DNA from: an uncultured Oligoflexia bacterium
GTDB lineage: Bacteria > Bdellovibrionota > Bacteriovoracia > Bacteriovoracales > Bacteriovoracaceae
Direction: 5' to 3'
Assembly: GCA_913058265.1 (NCBI GenBank)
Contig: CAJXPQ010000007.1
Span: forward strand, 113,933-177,932
Length of the DNA stretch: 64,000 nucleotides
Both the position numbers and the translations under genes were made by a program. Below the pieces are notes generated by a model that searched no databases, was not told the origin of the DNA, and worked only from the letters and a program-made list of their open reading frames with translations. Within the stretch, counting starts at the first letter, position 1. Each line of letters starts with the position of its first letter. Below are positions 29,390-38,958 of the stretch, piece by piece.

Positions 29390-31126
29390 TTATCCTATCA
29401 TTATCCTTCCTGTTGGATAATCGACTTTACCTGTTTCTTTTTTATTTTGACCTATAGCAAGTGTAAGAGTTAATGGTCCAACCCTTCCAATAAACATAAC
29501 AACGATTAAGACTAATTTACCAAAGACACCTAAGTACGGTGTAATCCCTAAAGACAATCCAACTGTTGCAAAAGCACTAATGACTTCGAAGAACAGTGAA
29601 AGGAAGTCATGCTCTGGTTCTAGTCTCATCATCAGTAATATAAAAAAACTAACCATTATAAGTGAAATAACAATAATTGATATCGCCCTAACAACAATCG
29701 CATTTGGAACTGTTCTATCAAAAAATTCAACTTTATCCTTTCCTTTGATTGTCGCTTTTACTGACTGAAAAAGAATCGCAAATGTTGTCGTCTTGATACC
29801 TCCACCGGTTGAACCGGGGCTGGCGCCTATAAACATAATCAGAGAGAAAAGATAAATTGTATGTGGATGCAGCACATTTAAAGGAATGGTACTAAATCCA
29901 GCTGTTCTAGTCGTAATCGATTGGAAAATAGAAATTTGTATTTTTTCAAATATTCCGTATGGAGCTAGTCCATGGAGAAATTCGCTAAAGAAGATATATA
30001 CCGCGAGCAGAACAACAAGAGTGATACTTGCAGTTAAAACAACTTTTGAATGCACACTGAGATTTATAATTTTCCCTCTTTTTAGAATGATATACTCCAT
30101 TTCCTTTATAACAATAAATCCAAGCCCCCCTAAAAAGATAAGTGCACTTACAGTTCCATGGATCATTGGATTTAAGGCAAAGTCTTCAAGTGAGTTATTG
30201 AATAGTGCAAAGCCTGCATTACAGAATGCCGAGATGCTATGGAAAACTCCAAAGTAAAGTGCTTCTCCAAACTCATGTCCCTTAAAGCTAAAACCAATAG
30301 TGAGAATAATGGCACCGGCCAGTTCGATCACAAGAGTATACTTGATGATATTTACAATCATTTGAATCAGGCCCTCTAATGAAGATATATCTAAAAGGTC
30401 TTGCATCAGTACTTGATCTCTAACTGCTAAAGACTTACCTAATAAAATGGTTATAGATGAGTACAAAGTCATATAACCAAGACCACCGATTTGAATAAGA
30501 ATTAATATAATTATTTGTCCCATAAAACTGAAATTATCTACAACTGAGAGTGTCGATAAACCAGTCACACAAGTAGCACTGGTGGCCATAAAAAAAGCAT
30601 CAATAAAGCTTATATACTTTCCGTCAGCGGCAGAAATAGGAAGTGCTAATAGTAATGTTCCTATTCCTATTAAAACAGAGAATGTTAAAATAATAATTTG
30701 AGCTGGCGCAAGCTTAATTCTCTCTAATAATGAGGTCGCCCTGGTAATTCTCTTCACTTGTTCTTGGGTACCTGATGACTCATAAAGCGAAAGAACTGAT
30801 GAAAATAAATGTACTGCGGTTAACCAGAAAGTAAATTGGAGGTCACCATAAGTTAAGAACATAGGAATGACACAGATAAGAGAAAAAATATATTTTCTAA
30901 GGAACTCTTCTGGGTTTCGATTACATTGGAAATAATATGAGACAACATTTATAAGAACAACAAAAGGTGCGGCGTATGTAAAAAAGCTTAGTACCAGCTC
31001 AATGACATCAGGACTAACCATAGATGTCTCTAATTTGTTCGCCGTATAAAATGAGTATAGAAAAATGAAAGATCCATTAAGAAACAATTCCAAGATAAAT
31101 GAGAATTTCTGATATACTTTATTCAT
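29390..31126 (-). CDS. ktrB: K+ transporter membrane subunit (TrkH/KtrB family) with a ~135-aa extra N-terminal TM region
   Basis: It has the repeated M1-P-M2 architecture and the family motif GASPGSTGGGIKTTTF. The canonical core begins near IKLAPAQIIILTFSVLIGIGTLLLALP at about aa 137. Confidence 0.85.
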   Translation of the reverse strand: MNKVYQKFSFILELFLNGSFIFLYSFYTANKLETSMVSPDVIELVLSFFTYAAPFVVLINVVSYYFQCNRNPEEFLRKYIFSLICVIPMFLTYGDLQFTFWLTAVHLFSSVLSLYESSGTQEQVKRITRATSLLERIKLAPAQIIILTFSVLIGIGTLLLALPISAADGKYISFIDAFFMATSATCVTGLSTLSVVDNFSFMGQIIILILIQIGGLGYMTLYSSITILLGKSLAVRDQVLMQDLLDISSLEGLIQMIVNIIKYTLVIELAGAIILTIGFSFKGHEFGEALYFGVFHSISAFCNAGFALFNNSLEDFALNPMIHGTVSALIFLGGLGFIVIKEMEYIILKRGKIINLSVHSKVVLTASITLVVLLAVYIFFSEFLHGLAPYGIFEKIQISIFQSITTRTAGFSTIPLNVLHPHTIYLFSLIMFIGASPGSTGGGIKTTTFAILFQSVKATIKGKDKVEFFDRTVPNAIVVRAISIIVISLIMVSFFILLMMRLEPEHDFLSLFFEVISAFATVGLSLGITPYLGVFGKLVLIVVMFIGRVGPLTLTLAIGQNKKETGKVDYPTGRIMIG

Positions 31127-31187
31127 AATAATATTTATATTTTACGTGATTTTTAATATATATCTATCTGAGCAAAATTGAACACTT

Positions 31188-32267
31188 ATGAATGAATTTT
31201 TAATTGACCATATTGATCCACTTGGACAGGGAGTTCACAAAGAAGATGAAAGTATCTTTTTTATTCCTAAAACCTTACCCGGTGAGTCTGGTACCTTTAA
31301 GATTCTTCAACGTAAAAAAGGTGTTCACTTCGGAACTGCTCTTGAAGTAACAAAAATCTCTGATATTCGCATTAATCCCGAATGTATTCATTTCAATGAA
31401 TGCCCTGGGTGCCAGTACCTTCATACCTCATATGAAAATGAACTAAATTTTAAAAAAGAAGCTTTCCACAGAACTTTCAAAAAGCTGATTTACAACAAGG
31501 ACGCTCTTTCAACCATTTATTCTGATAACAGACATCAATACAGGAATCGAATTCAATTACACTATGATAGAAGTATTCCTGTGATTGGTTTTAATGATGC
31601 TAGGAAGAAGCGAATTGTACCGGTTCCCAATTGTATTATTATGAATGATAGAGTTCAGAAATTCTATCAAGAGCTTCTAGGCTCCTGGCTTGAAGAGTCT
31701 TCAAGTCACCCCACTAAAGGTCATGTAGAGATTTATGATCACAAGGGTAAAGTCCATATCAACTGGAATAAAAGCTATGCTGCCACTGGATTTTCTCAAG
31801 TCAATATCCCTGTAAATCAACTTATGCTAAAAGAGATTAATTCACTATTTCCAAACAAATTAGCCCAGATTGTAGATTTATTTGCTGGGGCAGGTAATAT
31901 CACCAATGCTCTCAATTTTGAAAAACGTATATGCCTCGACATCTATCCACATACAGAAAACCCAGAAGAGTTTATCAACACTGATCTTTACAACAGTGAA
32001 ACTCTCCCTAAGTTCTTAAAAAACTTAAACTCTCAAGTAGAACTCCTAGTCCTTGACCCACCTAGAAGTGGCTTCAAAGAGTTGAATATGTGGATTAACG
32101 CCTTAAAGCCCAAAAATATTCTTTATATTTCCTGTAGTCCTGGCACACTGGCCAGAGATTTAGCTTTAATTGAGACAAGATTCGAAGTACAGAATCTCGC
32201 GTTAATCGATCTGTTCCCAGGAACTCACCACTTCGAAGTTATGACGCACATCAAAACATCTTTTTAG
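31188..32267 (+). CDS. RNA (uracil-5)-methyltransferase, RlmD/RumA/TrmA family
   Basis: The Cys cluster CIHFNECPGCQYLH...PNC is the RumA-type 4Fe-4S site. Motif I DLFAGAGN, DPPRSG and the nucleophile loop YISCSPGT are present. Confidence 0.8.
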   Translation: MNEFLIDHIDPLGQGVHKEDESIFFIPKTLPGESGTFKILQRKKGVHFGTALEVTKISDIRINPECIHFNECPGCQYLHTSYENELNFKKEAFHRTFKKLIYNKDALSTIYSDNRHQYRNRIQLHYDRSIPVIGFNDARKKRIVPVPNCIIMNDRVQKFYQELLGSWLEESSSHPTKGHVEIYDHKGKVHINWNKSYAATGFSQVNIPVNQLMLKEINSLFPNKLAQIVDLFAGAGNITNALNFEKRICLDIYPHTENPEEFINTDLYNSETLPKFLKNLNSQVELLVLDPPRSGFKELNMWINALKPKNILYISCSPGTLARDLALIETRFEVQNLALIDLFPGTHHFEVMTHIKTSF

Positions 32268-32351
32268 CCTTAGATCTTTCCTAACTTAAACTTTTCAATC
32301 CATAGCATTATTGAGTAGTATTATCCTATATATTTAATGGAGGATTGATTG

Positions 32352-33140
32352 ATGAAATTTATTTTGAGCACTTTAATCTTAGTGACACTTCTTTCATGTG
32401 CAACAAACAAAGATAAAGACCAAGAGTCTGCTACCGTAAAGAAGGCCAAGCTTTATTACAATAAAGGTACCGCAGATCTTTTGAATAAAGATTATACTAT
32501 CGCCCTTAAACACTTGTTGGATTCACATGCGTTGAATCCTAATGACAGCAAGACATTAAATAATCTAGGTATGGCGTATTACTTTAAAAAAAGGCCTCAA
32601 ACTGCCATCAGATTTATCAAAAAATCAATTGAAATTGATCCAAAAAATACAGATGCAAGAATGAACTTGGCGACTATTTATACTAACTCAAACGAGCTTA
32701 ATGAGGCTGAGAAGCAGTATATGACAGTGCTTGATGACCTTACTTATCAAGGCCAGTACAAGACATATTACAACCTGGCACTTCTGCACTTAAAAAAGAA
32801 TCAGAGAGCGAAAGCTCTTACATACTTTAAGCAATCACTTAATGAAAACTCTCAGTATTGTCCGGCCCATTACAAATTGGGAGAAATGTTCTTTAACAAA
32901 GGCCAATATAATCTCGCTTTAGACAAATTTAAATCTGCATCAGCAGGTGTTTGCTATGACAATCCAATGCCAGTTTATCACCAGGCCGTTACTTACATGA
33001 AACTGAAAGAGTTTGGTACTGCAAAATTAAAGCTTGAAGAAATCCTGGAAAGGTTCTCTCTCACGAAGTATGAGACAATGGCGAGGAAAAAACTGAAGGT
33101 TCTCTCAAACATTCAACAACGACAAATAAATCAATTTTAA
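32352..33140 (+). CDS. TPR-repeat lipoprotein, PilF/PilW-like
   Basis: It has a lipobox (LLSC) and 5-6 TPR units. The ATG at 32352 is preceded by GGAGG, whereas the track start at 32349 is TTG. Its position directly upstream of rodZ mirrors pilW-rodZ synteny. Confidence 0.55.
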   Translation: MKFILSTLILVTLLSCATNKDKDQESATVKKAKLYYNKGTADLLNKDYTIALKHLLDSHALNPNDSKTLNNLGMAYYFKKRPQTAIRFIKKSIEIDPKNTDARMNLATIYTNSNELNEAEKQYMTVLDDLTYQGQYKTYYNLALLHLKKNQRAKALTYFKQSLNENSQYCPAHYKLGEMFFNKGQYNLALDKFKSASAGVCYDNPMPVYHQAVTYMKLKEFGTAKLKLEEILERFSLTKYETMARKKLKVLSNIQQRQINQF

Positions 33141-33207
33141 ATAAAGTACTAGGAAGATATAGACACCTCCCTTTTATTTTTTTATTTTTGCTCTAAAATA
33201 CTGAAAT

Positions 33208-34443
33208 ATGGAAGAAAAAATATTAATTGGTACATTACTTAGAACTCAACGAGAACACTTAAAGTTCAGTGTTGAGGATATTGCAAACAAGACAAAAATC
33301 AATATTAATATATTGAAATCTCTTGAGGAAAGTAACCTCACAGCTCTTCCCAATAAAACTTACGTTAAAGGCTTTGTTAGAAGCTATGCAAAAACACTTG
33401 GTATCCTTGAAGCCGACGCTCTAGACTCACTTGAAGAAACTTATCACCAGCTACTTGGTGAACCTCGAGTGGCAGAAGAAAAAAGCCAAACTCTTGGTAG
33501 TCTTCAATCAGAAAATACAGATGAAGCCGAAAATGAAGAAATGAAAGAAACTTTTAATTCTATTATTCAAGGTTTCTTTAATAAAAAAATTCTCTTAGGC
33601 TTGGCCGCAATAATGGTTTTAGCTGTCATTGGTAAAGGTATTGGTACCTTTTTTAGTAATTTAAATGATGAAAAAGAAACAGTTACAGTTGTCTCAGAGC
33701 CTAACTCAGAGAATCCGGAACCAATGCTTAAACCTACTGACGCCAATATCTTAGAGATGGATGCATCTAAAAAACTTGCGAATGAAAATATCGAAGCAGA
33801 AGAAATCAAGAGAGAAGCAGTAGAGGCAGCAGAGAAAAAGAAAGCTGAGGTCGCAGAAGCAATCGCAATCGCTAACGAAAATAAAAGAAAAGAAGAAGAG
33901 GCAACGAAAGCCAAGGCCATTACTGCAGCAGCAGAGAAAAAGAAAGCCGAGATCGCAAAGGCTAAAGTAAAAGCAAAACCTTTACCGGCAGGAAAATTTC
34001 CTTTTAAAAAGTTCTATCCTGCTCCAGTAAAAATGTATGATGTAGTAGACAGTTCAGAAGATGCTAACAATCCAGCCATTCTTCCGCCTAATATAAAAGC
34101 TGCCATGATTAAAGGTAAACAAAATGTTTATATAGTCGCTACCAAGCAAGATACTTGGATTAGCTATCAAACTGACGATCAAGCCATCAAAAGATTTGTT
34201 TTAAAGCAAGGAAGAAGAGTTCTGATCAAAGGTGAGCGTATTTTACTCTTTATGGGGAACTTTAATGCTGCAAAGGTGTTTTTGAATAACAAACTTGTGA
34301 GTGCGAAGTCTAAAACAGGTGTAAAGAGTATGATCTTTCCACAAAGCCTAGCAAGTGAGTATGAATTACCGTTATTCCCTTCTTATAAAGGAGTTCCATA
34401 CAGTGCAAATGTTTATAAAGAAAATATGGTCGAAAACCAATAG
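33208..34443 (+). CDS. rodZ: Cytoskeleton/shape protein RodZ
   Basis: It has an N-terminal HTH (IGTLLRTQREHLKFSVEDIANKTKINI...YVKGFVRSYAKTLG) and a single TM (ILLGLAAIMVLAVIG). A K/A/E-rich linker leads to a C-terminal DUF4115-like domain. Confidence 0.75.
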   Translation: MEEKILIGTLLRTQREHLKFSVEDIANKTKININILKSLEESNLTALPNKTYVKGFVRSYAKTLGILEADALDSLEETYHQLLGEPRVAEEKSQTLGSLQSENTDEAENEEMKETFNSIIQGFFNKKILLGLAAIMVLAVIGKGIGTFFSNLNDEKETVTVVSEPNSENPEPMLKPTDANILEMDASKKLANENIEAEEIKREAVEAAEKKKAEVAEAIAIANENKRKEEEATKAKAITAAAEKKKAEIAKAKVKAKPLPAGKFPFKKFYPAPVKMYDVVDSSEDANNPAILPPNIKAAMIKGKQNVYIVATKQDTWISYQTDDQAIKRFVLKQGRRVLIKGERILLFMGNFNAAKVFLNNKLVSAKSKTGVKSMIFPQSLASEYELPLFPSYKGVPYSANVYKENMVENQ

Positions 34444-34449
34444 ATTAAT

Positions 34450-35592
34450 CTAACTTAACCAATCAATATTTTTATAATTCTTTATCCCAACACCTAACAG
34501 AAGCAGGTTTGGAATTACTACGCATAGAACGACAGGAAGCGTGTCATCCCTTGAGGCAGATACTATTGTGAAGTAGATCAAGTAATAACCAATTAAAATG
34601 ATGATCGCCTTACCACTAGAGTTTTTACTACGACCTCGGTTTCCCGTAACTCCAAGTCCAAACCCAACAAAAGTTAACAATAAACACAGAAGCGGAGTAT
34701 TAACACGATTCCAGAATTCATATTTTGCGTTTAAAAATTCTTTTTTATTAAAACCTTGTTTTTTTGCTTCTTCAAGTCCCCCATTAATAAATGAACTCAA
34801 TTCACTTCTATTCATCATAATTTCTTTAACCGAGGTTTGATAAGAAAATCTTTTTTCCGAAATTGGCAAAAGGTACTCTTCAAATAATATTTTTTCTAAG
34901 TCACTTCCCTGGGCGTCTTTATTAACAATATTTCCATCGTTTAATAGTAATTTAAAACTCTCCACACCTGATTTCTCATCTTTGCTATGCAGAACTTTTC
35001 CCTTTTCTGCCACAATAATTTTTTCCAATTGATTATTAGTATCGTAGATATGCAGAAAAATATCTGTCATCTCTTTAGTTTGTTCATTTACCTCAACAGG
35101 GAAAATAGTGACATTCGGAAGATTTGTAAAAAATTGTCCCGATTTAAGACCCTGGATAAGGCTCGTACTACTTATGATTTTAATTTTTGTTCTCACTTTA
35201 CGGTGAGCATTTGGAACTAGTTCCTGAGTTAATAAAAACACGCTTATAGATATAACAAAGGCCACAAGCATAAAAGGTGCAAGTATTTTATATTTTTCTA
35301 AACCGGCGGCCCTTAAAGCAACATATTCTGAGTCACCTGACATACGAGACAAGCAAAAGATAGATGAAAAGAAAATCGAAATTGGTATCGCCATGGGAAT
35401 TAAAGTCGTCATAACGTTGCCAATAAGACCAAGAATAAAAAAGAAAGAAATATCGTCAGATGAAACGAGAGACATTATCCGAAATAGCTCAAATGTCATA
35501 AGAAACGTCACAAAAAAGATCGTACTCACTAAGAAAGGAACGATAAAATTGACCGCTATATAGCTTGAATACAGTTTAGGTATGATTCTCAT
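34450..35592 (-). CDS. LPS export permease, LptF/LptG (YjgP/YjgQ) family
   Basis: The layout is 3 TM helices, a periplasmic domain, then 3 TM helices, in a 380-aa protein. Confidence 0.7.
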   Translation of the reverse strand: MRIIPKLYSSYIAVNFIVPFLVSTIFFVTFLMTFELFRIMSLVSSDDISFFFILGLIGNVMTTLIPMAIPISIFFSSIFCLSRMSGDSEYVALRAAGLEKYKILAPFMLVAFVISISVFLLTQELVPNAHRKVRTKIKIISSTSLIQGLKSGQFFTNLPNVTIFPVEVNEQTKEMTDIFLHIYDTNNQLEKIIVAEKGKVLHSKDEKSGVESFKLLLNDGNIVNKDAQGSDLEKILFEEYLLPISEKRFSYQTSVKEIMMNRSELSSFINGGLEEAKKQGFNKKEFLNAKYEFWNRVNTPLLCLLLTFVGFGLGVTGNRGRSKNSSGKAIIILIGYYLIYFTIVSASRDDTLPVVLCVVIPNLLLLGVGIKNYKNIDWLS

Positions 35593-35691
35593 TTAAATAG
35601 AGTACTAAATGCCAGATATTTAGACAATAAATTCCGATTCTGGTAGGTTTTCATAGTAATTAGTTACTAATAAATGACTCAAGGAGAATAT

Positions 35692-37191
35692 ATGAAATTA
35701 CATTTTGATTTTGAAACAAAACATCTGGATAACGCAGAGGTTAAAGTTTTAGCAGCATACTCTAAAAAAGATGGCGGAATATCTCAATCATGGACGCAAA
35801 AAGAGCTTTTAAAGCAATTTGCCATGGTTAAGTCATCGAAAAACTTCACAGCGGCCGCTGGAACAACATTTAGCTTCACATCGAGTACATTACAAACAGT
35901 AATTGTTGTTGGAATGGGTGAGAAGTCAAAAGCGAAAGCTGAAGGCATCAGAAAAGCTGCCGCAAATGCATTTAAAGCTGTTGCAGGTAAAAAGTTTGAT
36001 TCTGTTGTTATCGATGTTGCCTCATTTAATGCTATCAATAAATTACCAGATACAATGGGACTAATGTATGAAGCCATTGCCATGACGACTTATGCTTTTG
36101 ATAAACATCTTTCAAAGAAAACAGAGCATAGTTTCAAAGATATTTGTCTTTATGTTGCAGATAAAAAAGTTAAAAGAAATGCTGATAAAGTTCAAGAAAA
36201 AGCTGCAAATATTGCAAGTTCAGTAAACTACGCAAGAGACCTTGTAAATGAAGCTCCAAACATCCTTCACTCTGAAGAGTACTCTGACCGTATTGATAAA
36301 GATGTTAAAACAACTCTTAAGGGTAAAGGCGTAACATTCAAAGCTCTTGGGATGAAAGAACTTAAAAAAGAAAATATGAACTTATTTCTTTCAGTAAATG
36401 CAGGTTCTGCTTATGACCCAAGACTTGTTCATCTAACTTATACTCCAAAGAAAGTAACAAAAAACACAAAACATTATTGTCTAGTTGGTAAAGGATTAAC
36501 ATTTGATACAGGTGGATACTCTTTAAAGCCAGGTGCCTCAATGATGGGTATGAAATTTGATATGGGTGGTTCATCTACTGTTTATGGCGCATTTAGAGCG
36601 GCAGTATTAAATGGTTCTCCATATAAAATAACATGTATTCTAGGAATGACTGATAATGCAGTAAATGAAAGTGCAACGGTACCTGATTCAATTATAAAAG
36701 GTAGAAACGGAACAACTGTAGAAATCCTAAACACAGACGCAGAAGGAAGATTAGTTCTTGCAGACTGTCTAGACTATGCTTGTGATCAAAAACCAGACTA
36801 TATTATTGACGCTGCAACTTTAACAGGTGCTTGTCTAGTCGCTCTTGGAACTCAAGTTTGTGCGATTCTTGGAAACAATGACAAATTCACAAAAGAAGTT
36901 CTTGGATCTGCAAAAGCAAGTGATGAGTATATGTGGCAATTACCAATCATTCCTGAATGGCGTGAAGATATGAAGTCACAGATTGCTGACCTTAAAAATA
37001 TTGGTTCAACAAGATTTGCTGGAACTGCAACTGCAGCAGCGTTCTTAGAGAACTTTATTAAAAATGATATTAAGTGGGCACATCTTGATATCGCAGGTGT
37101 TTGTGATTCTCAATCTCACCTACCTTACTGTCCAGCTAAGGGTGGTTCAGGCTTAATCGTTAGATCGCTTCACCACCTACTTACAAAGTAG
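35692..37191 (+). CDS. pepA: Leucyl aminopeptidase (M17)
   Basis: The M17 signature NTDAEGRLVLAD and VGKGLTFDTGGYSLK are present. The ATG at 35692 lies 5 nt after GGAG, and the track start at 35674 is 6 codons upstream. Confidence 0.9.
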   Translation: MKLHFDFETKHLDNAEVKVLAAYSKKDGGISQSWTQKELLKQFAMVKSSKNFTAAAGTTFSFTSSTLQTVIVVGMGEKSKAKAEGIRKAAANAFKAVAGKKFDSVVIDVASFNAINKLPDTMGLMYEAIAMTTYAFDKHLSKKTEHSFKDICLYVADKKVKRNADKVQEKAANIASSVNYARDLVNEAPNILHSEEYSDRIDKDVKTTLKGKGVTFKALGMKELKKENMNLFLSVNAGSAYDPRLVHLTYTPKKVTKNTKHYCLVGKGLTFDTGGYSLKPGASMMGMKFDMGGSSTVYGAFRAAVLNGSPYKITCILGMTDNAVNESATVPDSIIKGRNGTTVEILNTDAEGRLVLADCLDYACDQKPDYIIDAATLTGACLVALGTQVCAILGNNDKFTKEVLGSAKASDEYMWQLPIIPEWREDMKSQIADLKNIGSTRFAGTATAAAFLENFIKNDIKWAHLDIAGVCDSQSHLPYCPAKGGSGLIVRSLHHLLTK

Positions 37192-37658
37192 TGAAACAAA
37201 AAAGTTTTAAAATCGTTTTATTTGCACCAGATATTCCCGGTAATACCGGGAGTATCGGTCGCACTTGTGTTGCCATGGGAATAGAGCTTATCCTTATTAA
37301 ACCTTATGGTTTTGATATATCAGAAAAAGCCGTAAGACGAGCAGGGCTCGACTACTGGAAGTACGTTCAGCTCACCGAATACGATTCCTTTGATGAATTT
37401 CTAGAAAAAGAAAATCCTGCTAGAGAAAAGCTCTTCATCTTAGAAAATAATGTTGATCAAAATTACTATGATGCAGGATACACCGAAGGTTGCTACTTAA
37501 TATTTGGCTCTGAAACAAAAGGAATGCCAAAAGAGTATTACGAAACTTACAAAGATCGCATGTTTCACATGCCAATGTATTCAGATAAAATCAGATCTCT
37601 AAATCTCTCAAATGCTGCAACGGCCGCGGCTTATGAGTGTTTACGCTGCTTAAATTAA
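37191..37658 (+). CDS. trmL: tRNA (cytidine/uridine-2'-O)-methyltransferase TrmL (SpoU family)
   Basis: GNTGSIGRTC and the C-terminal knot region LNLSNAAT are present. The GTG start overlaps the pepA TAG stop. Confidence 0.85.
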   Translation: MKQKSFKIVLFAPDIPGNTGSIGRTCVAMGIELILIKPYGFDISEKAVRRAGLDYWKYVQLTEYDSFDEFLEKENPAREKLFILENNVDQNYYDAGYTEGCYLIFGSETKGMPKEYYETYKDRMFHMPMYSDKIRSLNLSNAATAAAYECLRCLN

Positions 37659-38446
37659 TAAGACTCATTCTCTAGAGAAAACAAGTCATCATCAAAATGA
37701 TTAACAAGAGCAAAAGGTAAAACCTCAGCTTCAGCATTTAGTCTCTCTTCTTCATTTATAATTTTTGCTTGCCTCATCTTAAGTAAAATTGAACTGACCT
37801 GCTCTGAGGCAAAATCCGTTAGTCTGCCTTCATTATAGGACTGTGCATACCGTAGCGGACTTGGAAGCAACATTGCGAGGAACGCACCTTCTTTGGCAGA
37901 TAATGCTTGGGGGGCTTTTTTAAAATAATACTTACTTGCTTGTTTAATGCCATAAATATTCTTCCCTAGCTCAACAAGATTCAAATAGTGTTCTAAGATT
38001 TGATCCTTAGAGAGGTTTCTTTCTATTAATACTGTGTAAACGGCCTCGAAAGCTTTTCTAGTAATTGTTCTATCATTAGAGAGCATTAAATTCTTGGCCA
38101 CCTGCTGAGTGATTGTACTTGCCCCTCTAACTAGTCTACCTTCTTCAATACTTTCCTTGATAACATCTTCAATCTGATTAAAATCAAGTCCACTATGATC
38201 ATAGAAGGCCCAATCCTCACTAATAATAATCGCCCACTTTCCCACATGTGATATGTCATCTAGCTTCACCCAGAAGTTGGGTCTCTTTTTAACTAGCTCG
38301 TAGGATTTACTCTCCAACTTATAAACTGAGTAATGGGTGGTTAGTTTCGTAACTTGTACTTGCATATATATCCCGGCACCTAAACCGGATAAAGTCAGTA
38401 AAGTAAATGATATCAATAATATAGCTTTTAAATAATTTTTCTTCAT
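37655..38446 (-). CDS. mtgA: Monofunctional peptidoglycan glycosyltransferase
   Basis: GT51 motifs EDWAFYDHSGLD and RGASTITQQVAKN follow a single N-terminal TM helix. There is no transpeptidase domain. Confidence 0.85.
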   Translation of the reverse strand: MKKNYLKAILLISFTLLTLSGLGAGIYMQVQVTKLTTHYSVYKLESKSYELVKKRPNFWVKLDDISHVGKWAIIISEDWAFYDHSGLDFNQIEDVIKESIEEGRLVRGASTITQQVAKNLMLSNDRTITRKAFEAVYTVLIERNLSKDQILEHYLNLVELGKNIYGIKQASKYYFKKAPQALSAKEGAFLAMLLPSPLRYAQSYNEGRLTDFASEQVSSILLKMRQAKIINEEERLNAEAEVLPFALVNHFDDDLFSLENESY

Positions 38447-38520
38447 TTTGTATAATTTCAGTCTGTTAACTATTAAGTATTCCTCTTAAGTTCATCTTAT
38501 AAGATTCCGATTAGATAAGT

Positions 38521-38958
38521 ATGAAGATTACCAAAGTTGTAGTCATATTCACAATACTTTTGATCAGCACAAGCTGTGCCAGAAGATTTAATGTCGCAAG
38601 GATAGTTCCTGGCGTCACGTCTACGAATCAAGTTATAAAGTACCTTAACGAACCTCAGTATTTCGATAGATCTTCATTTAACGGTAGAGAGGAAGTACTC
38701 ATTTGGGATGATGTTACAGTCCAAACAGACGATGACACTGTTACAGCAGTACACAGAATGCCTGCAAGTCACGAAACATCACTACAGTTTTGGAGACAGC
38801 ACTATAAAAAATCAACACAGAATTTTAGTAAAGTTAGCTCTCGCATCGATAGCGGAGAACATATTTGGCAACTAAATCTTCCTCAGCACGGCATTAATGT
38901 CGTTTACGATGAAAATTTAGATCAAGTTATTAAGGTAATATACTACTATGTGGAGTAA
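38521..38958 (+). CDS. Small lipoprotein, hypothetical
   Basis: It has a lipobox (ISTSC) and overlaps the next ORF by 11 nt. Confidence 0.5.
   Translation: MKITKVVVIFTILLISTSCARRFNVARIVPGVTSTNQVIKYLNEPQYFDRSSFNGREEVLIWDDVTVQTDDDTVTAVHRMPASHETSLQFWRQHYKKSTQNFSKVSSRIDSGEHIWQLNLPQHGINVVYDENLDQVIKVIYYYVE

Noticed and set aside
32777-32792. TGGCAC hexamer resembling a sigma54 -24 element
   Set aside because: It lies inside the TPR lipoprotein CDS, and there is no TTGC -12 element at the required spacing.
33567-33920. 117-aa minus-strand ORF inside rodZ
   Set aside because: It is antisense to the K/A/E-rich low-complexity linker of RodZ, so it is a composition artefact.
33826-33962. Two imperfect ~35-nt direct repeats (gcagcagagaaaaagaaagc.gag.tcgca.a.gc) spaced 102 nt apart
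   Set aside because: They fall in-frame inside the rodZ linker and encode AAEKKKAE(V/I)A(E/K)A twice. This is an internal low-complexity duplication, not a CRISPR or regulatory repeat.
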